64,000 nt of DNA from NCBI RefSeq assembly GCF_006345805.1, contig NC_043003.1, forward strand, positions 77,934,001 through 77,998,000. Reading direction: 5' to 3'. Source of the stretch: Octopus sinensis. Taxonomy: Eukaryota. Every line of letters begins with the position of its first letter. The first letter of the stretch is position 1. Positions 1 to 10,485 of the stretch are shown in pieces. The notes beneath the pieces are model-generated. The model saw only the letters and a program-made list of their open reading frames with translations. It was not told the DNA's origin and ran no database searches. The position numbers were made by a program, and so were the translations under genes.

Positions 1-511
1 TGCTTGCGAAGACCTGTTGAGGCAAGTGAAATCAAAATCAAAATCGCTGATGTGGTCAATGACAGTACCACTCATGCCAGTGGAACATTATAGCACATCT
101 GAGTGTGATCATTGCCAGGGCCATGGATTGGCTCCCATGCCAGTGGCATGTAAAAAACACCATTCGAGCATGATCGTTTGCTAGCATTGCCTTACTGGCA
201 CATGAAAAACAACATTTAAGTGTGTCATTGCCAGTGCTGCTAGACTGGCTCCTGTGCAGGTAGCAAGTAAAAATTACCTTTTGAGCATGGTCATTGCTAG
301 AACCACCTGACTGGTCCTTGTGCCGGTGGCACGTAAAATCACCCACTACACTCTCAGAGTGGTTGGCGTTAGGAAGGGCATCCAGCTGTAGAAACTTTGC
401 CAGATCAGATTGAGCCTGGTGCAGCCTTCTGGCTCACCAGTCCTCAGTCAAACCGTCCAGCCCATGCCAGCATGGAAAGAGGACATTAAATGGCGATGAT
501 GATGATGATGA
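1..511 (+). mobile_element. 3' UTR-derived repeat of an RTE-type LINE (family C), with internal ~60-bp tandem units and a (GAT)n tail
   Basis: Recurrent units like tgccggtggcacgtaaaa..cacc, then gagtggttggcgttaggaagggcatccagctgtagaaac...catggaaag...gatgatgatg. The same sequence follows an RTE ORF C-terminus at 56580-57080. Confidence 0.8.
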
Positions 512-689
512 CATGAAATGGACCAATGAGGTTTTAGCAAAATAAATCAGTAACTAAAACTATTTATATAACAAAAGATTGGATTGGTAGACCCATGAGA
601 GTGTCAGACAAAATATTTTGCAGTATTTCTTCTCAGCCTGTAACAGTTTGGATTAAAATTATACAAACAATAACTCTGAGCACCTTTTC

Positions 690-1040
690 AAACTCCACCC
701 GTCTAACACCCATGGACATATTTACAAAGTCAGAAAACAGCACAGCTCCCATGACTTCAGGAAACATTTTTTCACGCTGAGAGTTGCTGAAGCATGGAAC
801 AAACTGCCAGCATCAGTTGTTAGTTGTCAGAGCACTGCATCCTTCAAAACTTCCATGCTTTCTGAGATTCGCCAACACTACACCTGATTTTCTCCCCTCC
901 ATACACACACAAGCATGTATCTGACTCATACATTGTTCGCTTTCCAGACATTTGTACATTACTGCATATACTTTATACACACTTTCTGACAAGTTGTGGT
1001 GCACCTGAGCACTGTATACAATAATTTCATTATTATTATT
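690..1040 (+). mobile_element. CR1/L2-type LINE 3' fragment
   Basis: Translates HGHIYKVRKQHSSHDFRKHFFTLRVAEAWNKLPASVVSCQSTASFKTSM, a typical CR1 ORF2 C-terminus; ends in a (TTA)n tail. Confidence 0.8.
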
Positions 1041-1104
1041 TTATACCAAAGTCAATTTTGACTTGCAACCATCTAAGGACTGTGGCTCAATTCCAAATGA
1101 TTTT

Positions 1105-1546
1105 CTAACCCTTTAGCATTTAAAACTAGTCATACTGTCCCAAATATTCAACCTGATTAACCCTTTAGTATTCTGTCAAAAATAATGCTTATTTATTCCC
1201 ATTGTTTTGAAATAATCATGCATTATCATATGGCTTTGAGATTTTGATAAGGTAACTGTTAATTTTTTAGAATGAGATTGAAGAGGTGGTGTGGAAAACG
1301 CGATCTAGCCAGTCTGAACATAAAACAGGTAGAATATTTTGACCAGGTATAGCAGGTTTAAATGCTAAAGGGTTAATGCTGAAATTGACCAGATCCGACC
1401 TCTCACACCTACCCTACAATGTTATTCTAAAAATAAACAATCATAATCATCAAAATCTTAAAGCTACAAGATAATATTGAGTAATCAAAAAACGTTGATA
1501 AATAAGCATTACATTTGAGTAAGTAATCTGAAAGTTAAAAGGTTTA
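1105..1546 (+). mobile_element. piggyBac-type MITE (outer copy) interrupted by a second copy of the same family
   Basis: Termini ctaaccctttagcattt ... gttaaaaggttta (degenerate TTAA-CCC...GGG-TTAA). The body matches the copy at 60448-60940. Confidence 0.7.
1157..1376 (-). mobile_element. piggyBac-type MITE (inner copy, reverse orientation)
   Basis: ttaa-ccctttagta ... aatgctaaaggg-ttaa, with TTAA at 1157-1160 and 1373-1376. The reverse complement matches the outer element family. Confidence 0.8.
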
Positions 1547-2259
1547 GGATGTAAGCCCCAACATCCATATCATTCCTCTGAGGAACTGTCACCACAAGGT
1601 ATCATCTTTGAGATGCATAGTGATTGAACAATGCCACATAAAATCCTGCAATTAACAAGATATATAGCACATCTTTCACCATGCCCAACATATTTGACAG
1701 AAGTGTCTAACTTAATGACAGATGCTCTCCATATTCTCTTAATTGCAGGATTTTATGGTGCAGCGTTTAATATTTAATCAACAGTTTTAATATTTTACTG
1801 ATCAGCTACGGCTTATTGTTGCTATCTTATTGTCAAGAGTTTATTTTACCTACTTAAATAACACTCAATGTTTAGCTGTATTACTCTAATAAATTATCTA
1901 GTGTTGACAACCTGAGAGTGTTAAGTGTTTGGTTTATAACCAGGTAACATAGAATGAAGAAGATATTTTTGCTGATATCACTGGTAATTAGAATGGTATG
2001 TGTTAGAGGTTAATGTTGTTGACACATATATTCTATGTGTATGATTCATAAGTTCAATTGGTGGTTGAATGTTATGCTCTAAATCTATGCTGTGAACTGA
2101 GTGAGGGAATACATGGATTGATGATATCAAACATGAATGCTTCTTGAATTTTTTACAAAACCTATCATGTTGGATCTGCTATCGATGAGAAACCAGACTA
2201 CTTACTCATTAAATTAACATGTAAATGGTTCATTATTCCACAGATAAATGTACTTTTAA

Positions 2260-2469
2260 CCCTTTTGTTACCAACCCGGCTGAAACCAGCTCTGGCTTTT
2301 TAGTATAAATGTCTTGTTTTCATAAGTTTTGAATTCAAATCTTCTACCAAATCTTATGTTCCTAACACTAGCTTAATGATAACGATGTTATTTTACTAAA
2401 TTCTTTGTTATATTTAAAATAATTAGAAGAAACACAGAGCATCTCAAAATAAATACAGTAATGAAAGGG
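2260..2469. mobile_element. piggyBac-type MITE, 210 bp, TTAA target duplication
   Basis: TIRs cccttttgttac / gtaatgaaaggg, flanked by TTAA at 2256-2259 and 2470-2473. Absent at the paralogous site near 17490. Confidence 0.85.
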
Positions 2470-2995
2470 TTAATGTTAATTCTCAGGCTGAATCAGATTA
2501 AAACAATATAAAGCAGGATCTTTGGATTATAAGCACCATCCATCTGACAGGATTCCACATCAAGTGAATTTTAATCACAGGGCTTAAGTCAACTCAAGGC
2601 TGTGGTATAAGACATTTCTCCAAGATGATACACAGTAAGCATCCGCAAAACAAGAATAACCACAGAACCTCTTTAACATTCTACAGTATGAGGATCAAGG
2701 GTTAGGTGTGATCTGAATGGCTAGTGTACCAGAGAGGATTGAGATATTGTAATTGAGAAGTGAGTTCAGATGGATAATGGTACACTTATACTTACTAATT
2801 CTGAAAAGAAAGCAGCATTAAAGTGCTAATTTGAAGGTTATTAAATATAAAGAGAGTCTTCGCAGTATAGTCCTAACAGAGGGACTAGCCATTCTAGTAG
2901 ACAGTCATGTGATAAAACAATGAAATGCCTCATAGTTCTAGCAGACCAATTCTAATTTATGTTGCTTAATGTCAATATTTAAATACTAGACGGCC

Positions 2996-3289
2996 CATCA
3001 TCATCATCGTTTAATGTCCGTTTTCCATGCTAGCATGGGTTGGATGGTTCGACCAGGGTCTTGGAAGCCAGGAGGCTGCACCAGGCTCCAGTCTGATCTG
3101 GCAGTGTTTCTACAGCTGGATGCCCTTCCTAACGCCAACCACTCCGTGAGCATAGTGGGTGCTTTTTACGTGCCACCAGCACAGATGCCAGGGCAGGTTG
3201 GTGCTTTTTACGTGCCACCGGCACAGAAGCCAGTCAAGGCGCCACGTTCGGATGGTGCTTTTTACGTACCAGGGTCATATAATGCTGCT
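2996..3289 (-). mobile_element. Family C (RTE 3' UTR) insertion specific to duplication unit 1
   Basis: Reverse complement of family C with an (ATC)n tail at 2996. The paralogue reads ggcccaatgaaatgatttttccaggg without it. Confidence 0.8.
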
Positions 3290-3517
3290 AAGGTGGCCCT
3301 GGTGATCTTGCTACCATATATTTCAGTTATCAGTTGCTCAAGGACAACAACAACAGTGCTCACTGACAAATGGTATATTATGCAAAGGCTGCCCTGAATT
3401 ATATACATCTAATCACGGATCATTTTCAGGACTTCATTGACCCTATTACTGAATCATGTACAAACAATAGTGAAGCATTCTGGTGTAAGATAAAGACATT
3501 GGTTTCAAATTTTGGCA

Positions 3518-3762
3518 CAAGGCCAGTAATTTCGGGAGAGAGAGTAAATCGATTACATCAATCCCATTGTTCAACTGCTACTCATTTTACTGACCCTGAA
3601 ACGATGAAAGGCAAAGTCAACCTCACTGTTCAACTAGTACTTATTTTATTGACCCCAATAGGATGAAAGGCAAAGTTGACCTGAGCATGCTGGGCAAAAT
3701 GCATTTTGTCTGTTTATTATGATCTGAGTTCAAATTCTGGTAACAATTCTGCCAGCTCACCA
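3518..3762 (-). mobile_element. tRNA-derived SINE family A, old copy shared by both duplication units (paralogue about 18218-18420)
   Basis: Contains gatgaaaggcaaagtcaacctc and caactagtacttattttattgacccc; has an internal partial duplication in this copy. Confidence 0.7.
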
Positions 3763-4206
3763 CTTTAAGGTATAGGATAAAGGTATTAAAAAGAATAAGT
3801 AAGAAAATCTGGGTGTAATGAAGTGGTCTCACTGAAATAAATGCCTTTACAGATATTGGTTTCATTTTTACACTAAAACACCATGACAAAGAAATAATGT
3901 TTTCCTAAACATTGGGAATTATCCTATACAGAAAAATATTCATAAATATTAATGAATAGAAAGCTTTAGAAAATGTAAAGATTGTTACTTTATGTATTTT
4001 CAAATATTTTTCTTTATTTCCAAGTTATAAAAAAATTCACTTTTATGAGTTGATTATTAAGGTCTACCATTCTATCAAATATTAATTCAATGTTTTCATT
4101 ATGGAATTTGGAAGAAGATGAATAATGCAAGGCTATGATACAAACTTGTTTAATAAAATATATTCCAAATAAATGGAAGATGGTGTAAGTGGATTCTTTG
4201 GCTAGT

Positions 4207-4872
4207 TTACTTTGTCTTCACATAACGTTTGTGGCGTGGAATTAATTTCTTCATATCAGGAATAGTAGGTGTTACACTCTCCCTTTCATAACAAGCAGTG
4301 AGCCATTTCTGGAACCGAGGATACCAATCAATATCAGATGGTATTTCAAAATTTTTAAAATGTTTCAAAACTTCCAGCCTTTGCATCCATGGATACACCA
4401 TTATATCAGCAAATGAAAATGAGTCTCCCATGAAGAAATTTCCAGTTGGGGACATGGCTTTCACAAAACTTCCAATATTTTCAACAAAAGATTTCTGCGT
4501 TTCACCAAGATTTTCAGGATCTGATCTCAGAATAGAATAAAACAATGGAATTATTTTACTTGTAGCATAATCACCCCAGATACGAACTTGAGCCTTATCA
4601 TAAGGTTGTTCCATCATAATTTTGGGGTTTTGTGGCCAAGTTTCATCAATATATTCTACACATACAGCAGATTCATAAATAATTTTATCATCATGTACCA
4701 GCACTGGTACCAAGCCTCTTGGATTCAGTTTTAAAAACTCTTCAGTCTTGTTAGAAAGATCAGTTTCTTCATATTTAAAAGGAATTCCTTTCTCCAAGAG
4801 AGCAATCCAGAGTCGTTGAGCAAATGGACAGTACCAGGCACTTAAAAAGCGAAGTTTAGTACTTTCAGACAT
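4207..4872 (-). CDS. Cys-type glutathione S-transferase (omega/tau/lambda-like), 221 aa, GST1; single coding exon
   Basis: Intact ORF with WYCPFAQR active site, NPRGLVPVL cis-Pro loop, IYES glutathione-binding motif and SFADIM N-capping box. Confidence 0.95.
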   Translation of the reverse strand: MSESTKLRFLSAWYCPFAQRLWIALLEKGIPFKYEETDLSNKTEEFLKLNPRGLVPVLVHDDKIIYESAVCVEYIDETWPQNPKIMMEQPYDKAQVRIWGDYATSKIIPLFYSILRSDPENLGETQKSFVENIGSFVKAMSPTGNFFMGDSFSFADIMVYPWMQRLEVLKHFKNFEIPSDIDWYPRFQKWLTACYERESVTPTIPDMKKLIPRHKRYVKTK

Positions 4873-5065
4873 ATTGGGAAAAGGAACCTAAAAGAAAAAG
4901 AAGCAAAAATAGCTTAAATATATATCCATAAACTATTAATCAATAATTCTGAGTAAAAACAAATACATTTTACATTTATAAATTACATTTGTATCTTTGT
5001 ATTATGTCTGTTTTTCTATGCTAGCATGAGTTAGACATGCATATTATTGAAGAAAAATTTTTAGT

Positions 5066-5651
5066 TAAGTTAATTTTGGCTCAAAAAGCAAAAAGCAAGG
5101 CCATGTAGGGGGACATGGAGTTATGTACAGGGTGCTGTTCATGTAAAAAGTTCAGGCCATTTGTGGTCAAGGGAGACTTTGAACCGAGCGGTTGTCGGCA
5201 TCTTCACTATTTCGTCCGGCAGCTTATTCCACGGAACCGCAACCCGGACGGAGAAAGCCCCTCTCCTTCGATTGAGATGAAATCGTCACAGATAGAGCTT
5301 TTCGGAGTGACCCTGCAGCCGACGCTCTGGAGCAGGAGTGAAGAACAGCTCTTTCGAGAGGTTACACTTTCCGCTTATGATGTTGTGAGCAAGAATGAGA
5401 TCACCACGGTGTCGTTGTTTTTCTAGAGAATAAAGGTCGAGCGTCTTCAGCCTTTCTTCATAAGACAAATGCTTGAGACCAAGAACCATGCGGGTAGCCA
5501 GCTTCTGGACTCTTTTGAGATGATGTATGTCTTTGAGGAGATAAGGAGAAGAGGCTTGAATCCCGTACTCCAACATGGGTCTCACCAGCGTGACATAGAG
5601 CGGTAGGAATATGGCTGCTGTGAGCATTCCGAATGACCATCGAATCAGAAA
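5066..5651 (-). mobile_element. 5'-truncated CR1-type LINE, specific to unit 1
   Basis: ORF 5286-5627: LYVTLVRPMLEYG...YEERLKTLDLYSLEKQRHRGDLI; (TTAAC)n-like tail. The paralogue reads cttagt|cagatgcc (empty site). Confidence 0.9.
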
Positions 5652-6915
5652 CAGATGCCCTTTTTATCATTAAGTCTTACCTGCTTTTCTAGTAAGGGAA
5701 TTTTCATTCCATTCTTTTTAAAAAGTGCAGGACTACCAGATGACTTGTTAATGGGGAAATGCCAACAAATTTCATGGTTTGAAGCTCAGTGATATTCTGG
5801 AGATGTGCAATATGTAAACATTTACACATACACACACAAAAGCATACATATATACATATATAAAGGATTTTGTACATTTTCCATTTACCAAATTCACTTA
5901 CATGACCCAGAGCTATAGTTGAAGACACTTGCCCAGTGAAGGAGGGGTGCAATGGGACTAAACAAAAAAAATATTGTGTGAATAAAAGGGTCATAAGCTG
6001 GCAGAATCCACTGATATAAGACCAAAGATATAAACATGTGCAAATAACTTCTAAATTTCACCATTAATTTATACACACAGAGAACAGGAAAAGTGAAAAA
6101 TTTATTCTTATTCTTAAGAGATAGACCACAGGGAGGGGTATGACCTGTATCTGTTTGCTCAGCTTGCAAGAACTCCCACAAATCACACTCTTTACTTTTG
6201 AAAAACAGACACAGAGGACAACATAACCTTAAGATAGTATGGTCATGGCAGGAATGGCATAAATTATAGATTTGTTTGCTTGCACAACACTAAAGTGGGG
6301 TTAAACAATAATGTGGAGGAGTTTCTTTGTGGTTGTTCACGCTATAAGAAATAGCAGCCAATTTCTCTCAAATCACAACTAATATTTTACAAAGGAGATT
6401 AATATACTGAATAATGTAGACACATTAAGTTTGGACAAAAAGTAAATAAAATGGTCACAGCTGGAATATTGATGATTGTGGGCCTCCTCACTTAGAGATG
6501 ACTTTTGACTTAACAACTACATCAATAAATTGATAATAAACCAACAACGGCGCTTTTATAGTCGTAGTATACTAGGAGGATAACCTGCCTATGTCACTAC
6601 GTTGACCTAATTAAAGTTTTGCTCTTTCAGTAACATGCACTGATGAATGAAAGGAGAAAGGGAATATGAAACAAAATATGTAAAAAATGAAAATAATAGC
6701 AAAGGGATGAAGGGGAAGAGTGAGAGGTGACAGCTTGTGATTATACTATTTAGCTCTCTTCTTTGTCCCCGCTTTTATTAACACAAATACAAAACACAAA
6801 TATACATGTCCTCCCCCACTCTTCTCTTTCAACTCAGCTGAATATGCAGGAATTAAGCCTTAAGCCTATAGCTGTTACCAATTCAACAAAACTGTTTTAG
6901 CTTTAGTGAAACAAT

Positions 6916-7138
6916 GCCGCGGCGAGTTGGCAGAAACGTTGGCACGCCGGGCGAAATGCGTAGCCGCATTTCGTCTGCCGTTACGTTGTGAGTTCACATT
7001 CCGCCGAGGTTGACTTTGCCTTTCATCCTTTCGGGGTCGATAAATTAAGTACTAGTTACGCACTGGAGTCTGTGTAATTGACTTAATCCCTTTGTCTGTC
7101 CCCTCTATGTTTAGCCCCTTGTGGACAATAAAGAAATA
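6916..7138 (+). mobile_element. SINE family A
   Basis: A-box-like ggcgagttggcagaaacgttgg, B-box-like gagttcacattcc, core gcctttcatcctttcggggtcgataaattaagtac, tail gccccttgtggacaataaagaaata. Confidence 0.85.
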
Positions 7139-7374
7139 TATCTTTTCAAAGAGGATTTCTTTCCTTGGCAAAAAGAGTAATACAGTGCAATGGAGTGGGG
7201 ATTTATAGCCCAGGGTGGTGTGTTGTGTTCTTGAACAAAACACTTCATCTCACGTTGCTTTGCAGTCAGTTCGACGCCTGACACTTAGCACACCATGCAC
7301 TTGTTCCAACAAGATCAATTTAATAGAGGGAGTGAACTAACGTATGGTACGTACATTTTCTTTTTTTTTTTTTT

Positions 7375-8050
7375 TCCTTTTATTTGTTTCAGTCATTTGA
7401 CTGCGGCCATGCTGGAGCACCGCCTTTTGTCGAGCAAACCAACCCCAGGACATATTCTTTGTAAGCCTAGTACTTATTCTATTTGTATCTCTAAGCGCTA
7501 AGTTACGGGGATGTAAACACATCAGCATCAGTTGTCAAGCAATGTTGGGAGGACAAACACAGACACGCAAACACATACATACATACATACATACATATCA
7601 TTATCATCATCGTTTAACGTCCGTTTTCCATGCTAGCATGGGTTGGACGGTTCGACTGGAATCTGGGAAGCCAGAAGGCTGCACCAGGCTCCAGTCTGAT
7701 CTGGCAGTGTTTCTACAGCTGGATGCCCTTCCTAACGCCAACCACTCCGTGAGTGTAGTGGGTGCTTTTTACATGCCACCAGCACAGGTGCCAGGCGAGG
7801 CTGGCAACTGCCACGATCAGATTGGTGCTTTTTACGTGCCACCAGCACGGAAGCCAGTTGAGGCAGTGCTGATATATATATATACGACGGGCTTCTTTTC
7901 AGATTCCATCTACCAAATCCACTCACAAGGCTTTGGTAGGCCCGAGGCTATAGTAGAAGACACTTGCCCAAAGTGCCATGCAGTGGGACTGAACCCAGAA
8001 GCATGTAGTTGGTAAGTAAGCTACTTACCACACAGCCACTCCTGCACCTA
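7375..8050 (-). mobile_element. SINE family B with a family C element (7596-7870) nested in its central microsatellite
   Basis: tRNA-like head gtggctgtgtggtaagtagcttacttacc..., tail ggtgctccagcatggccgcagtcaaatgactgaaac; interrupted after (ATAC)n. Confidence 0.8.
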
Positions 8051-9010
8051 TAGACAAATCATTTGTGCAAGTCATGCATCAAAACAGCTGAACACTCATA
8101 TATTTTCTTTGATATGAAAGTCCATCATCATTAAAAAAAAAAAACTGATGTTGATAACTTAGAGATGCCATCTGCATGAGAATTAATAGTGAAGAGGTTG
8201 TCATAACATTTAGCTTTCCTGTGTTCAACATGCACTTGTTTGGGTAACATTGATTTGATGGAGGGAGCAAGCTAAATGATGGGAGAGTCCATCATTATTG
8301 TAATTTTTTTTTTTTTTTTTTTTTTTTGCAGGATTGACATATAAGAAAATGAAGCCAGGTATCTACAAAAATAATTTTGGATTTTCTGAGTTGGGGAAAG
8401 GAATAATTAAATGTTTAAAAGTAGATTGTTTTACAGATTTTTGTGCACACTACTTAAAAGCCTCATTAGTTAACTTAAGAAGTTAACCAAGTCAAATTTA
8501 CAATTTCACAAACGATGTGTTGACTCCTAATTATTTAACAGTTAGAAATGTGTTGATAGGCAAATTTTATTCTTTGTGTGTTCTATTTCTTCATCTTCGG
8601 ACTGCATCACCAGCATTTGTTCATTCGATCCCACCACAACCATCCACTCCCGGGTGTATTTATCGACACCCAAGGATTGTCTATTCGACCAAAATAATCG
8701 GCATCAACAACTTAAAGAAGCCCTGGTGTAGACTATATTTAAAGTAGCGGTAAGAAATCTTATAACACAACAAAGCTGGCTCTATGTCGTTGCTCGAGCT
8801 GCTAGAAATAGCAGCGAAATCTCCCCTTTGAAATTGGCTGTACAATCTTATAAATAAAGTAAAAATGACACATTGAATAATGCAATCCACCCTGAATAAA
8901 ACTAAATACGAGAGGCACACAGCTGGAATACTAGATCAGGATTGATCTGGGGCTAAACAACAACAAACTGTGAGCTTCTCCATAGTAGCTCTATCTGCTA
9001 GAAATAACTA

Positions 9011-9228
9011 TTTCTTTACTACCCACAAGGGGTTAAACACAGAGAGGACAAACAAGAACAGACAAACGGATTAAGTCGATTATATCGACCCCAGTGCGTA
9101 ACTGGTACTTATTTAATCGACCCCGAAAAGATGAAAGGCAAAGTCGACCTCGGCGGAATTTGAACTCGGAACGAAACGGCAGACGAAATACGGCTACGCA
9201 TTTCGCCCGGCGTGCTAACGTTTCTGCC
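9011..9228 (-). mobile_element. Young SINE family A copy with a 16-bp TSD
   Basis: ctgctagaaataacta duplicated at 8995-9010 and 9229-9244. Confidence 0.9.
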
Positions 9229-9318
9229 CTGCTAGAAATAACTAAGTTCCTTGAAAACACCATCCATCGTCTTGAAAAGAAAAGACTTGTATGACGTTTT
9301 GTATAATGTATCTAACAA

Positions 9319-9353
<35 letters not shown>

Positions 9354-9654
9354 ATATATATATATGAATTTAAAAACAAACGGGATCATCACGGCTGGAA
9401 CGCCTTTGATCAGTTCAATCAGTGCTGAAACCAGTAATAAACATCAAATAACAATAACTAATATAGTAAGTTTAAACATCGGTGAATTAAGATTATCCAC
9501 GTATAAAAAAAACACAGAAGTCTCTTTAGGAATAATTAAAAAACAAAAATAGAAAGTCAGTCAATGAAAAACCCTGTCTACAGTGTGTGTGTATTCAAAA
9601 ACGCTTCCTGGGGTACTTTTCCGCAGATTTTATTTAACACATGCTTTTACTTAC

Positions 9655-9712
9655 CTCACTGCAAACAACTCGAGCGAACTTGTGCAAACAAGTAATTTCA
9701 CTTGCTTCTTCC
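9655..9712 (-). other. Candidate non-coding first exon of GST1
   Basis: Ends in AG|GTAAGT; nearly identical to 25385-25442; TATATAA on the minus strand at 9739-9733. The TSS is approximate. Confidence 0.55.
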
Positions 9713-9857
9713 CGTACAAGTACGTATGTAGCTTATATATGGAGTATGCGTCAATATATACCCAGAAAACAGGTATTGAATGAACACATGACCGTCAATG
9801 TGTGCGTGTGTGCTTGCATGTGCATACGTGTTTAAATTCCTCTCTCTCTCTCTCATC

Positions 9858-9928
9858 CTCTCTGTCGAAAAGAAGTCGGCTGTAGTAGTATCAAGAGAGG
9901 TATGGGTTCCGCCAGATCTAAACCTACT
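9858..9928. promoter_or_regulatory. 71-bp block identical to 25645-25715, upstream of the candidate GST first exons
   Basis: Perfect identity between paralogues while the flanks differ by substitutions and indels. Confidence 0.4.
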
Positions 9929-10210
9929 TGTAGCGGTAGCTGACCCACCACTGCCACCAAAGAAGCAAAGCAAGTTCAATGCTCTGTGTATAGGGGTGGG
10001 GGTATGCTTACACAAATGTGCCGAACTCCGACTTTAACTTCCAGAAAAATGGAAATTATTTAAAGAAAGTTTCTACAAATACTCTTCAGATGAGTAGATT
10101 CTGATTGCATAGGAATTTGTAAGGGGAAAAAATTCCGTGGGTGGGCTTTGCTGCCCTAAAATGGGTACGTTTTTAATGAAATTTTAAACAAGTACCTTTC
10201 AGAGTGTACT

Positions 10211-10485
10211 TACTTAAGACGAGTGGTCCAGGTGCGCGCACTCGTGTACTCGCGCATCCGCGCTAGCATGTCGTGACTAGTCGATCCTACAACGACTACC
10301 TAGCAAAGTAAATGAAACTCAAAATAAATAATTTTTTTACCCAAAATAAATAATTTTTTTACCTAAAGCAAATAATTTTTTAAAAACAAAGTAAATAAAA
10401 CAAATACACAAAGTAAGGATCGACTAGTCACAACTAGCAACAGCGGATGCGCGAGTGCGCGCACCGGGACCACTCTTCTTAAGTA
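10211..10485. mobile_element. Palindromic MITE with ~70-bp GC-rich TIRs, specific to unit 1
   Basis: tacttaagacgagtggtccaggtgcgcgcactcg... / ...cgagtgcgcgcaccgggaccactcttcttaagta; absent near 25985. Confidence 0.8.

Larger units (their letters stand above)
4888..9654 (-). other. Predicted 5' UTR intron of GST1
   Basis: Acceptor tttttcttttAG at 4889-4888, 15 nt upstream of the ATG. Donor AG|GTAAGT at 9655/9654, conserved in the GST2 paralogue. Confidence 0.6.

Noticed and set aside
3014-3666. ORFs of 127 and 98 aa, and similar ORFs at 7542-8015, 39849-40205 and 37510-38070
   Set aside because: They are read through SINE/LINE-UTR repeats and microsatellites and have no protein features.
4298-4540. 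Plus-strand ORFs opposite GST1 and GST3 (also 44411-44683)
   Set aside because: Antisense shadow frames of the GST CDS.
9798-10037. Peptide VEKKSAVVVSREVWVPPDLNLL shared with ORF 25531-25899
   Set aside because: It follows from the 71-bp identical DNA block. The ORFs begin in (GT)n/(CT)n, and the flanking frames are not conserved.
9364-10200. Canonical antioxidant response element (TGACnnnGC) near the GST1/2 candidate promoters
   Set aside because: I found no full consensus by eye, only a conserved TGACGCA half-site-like word.
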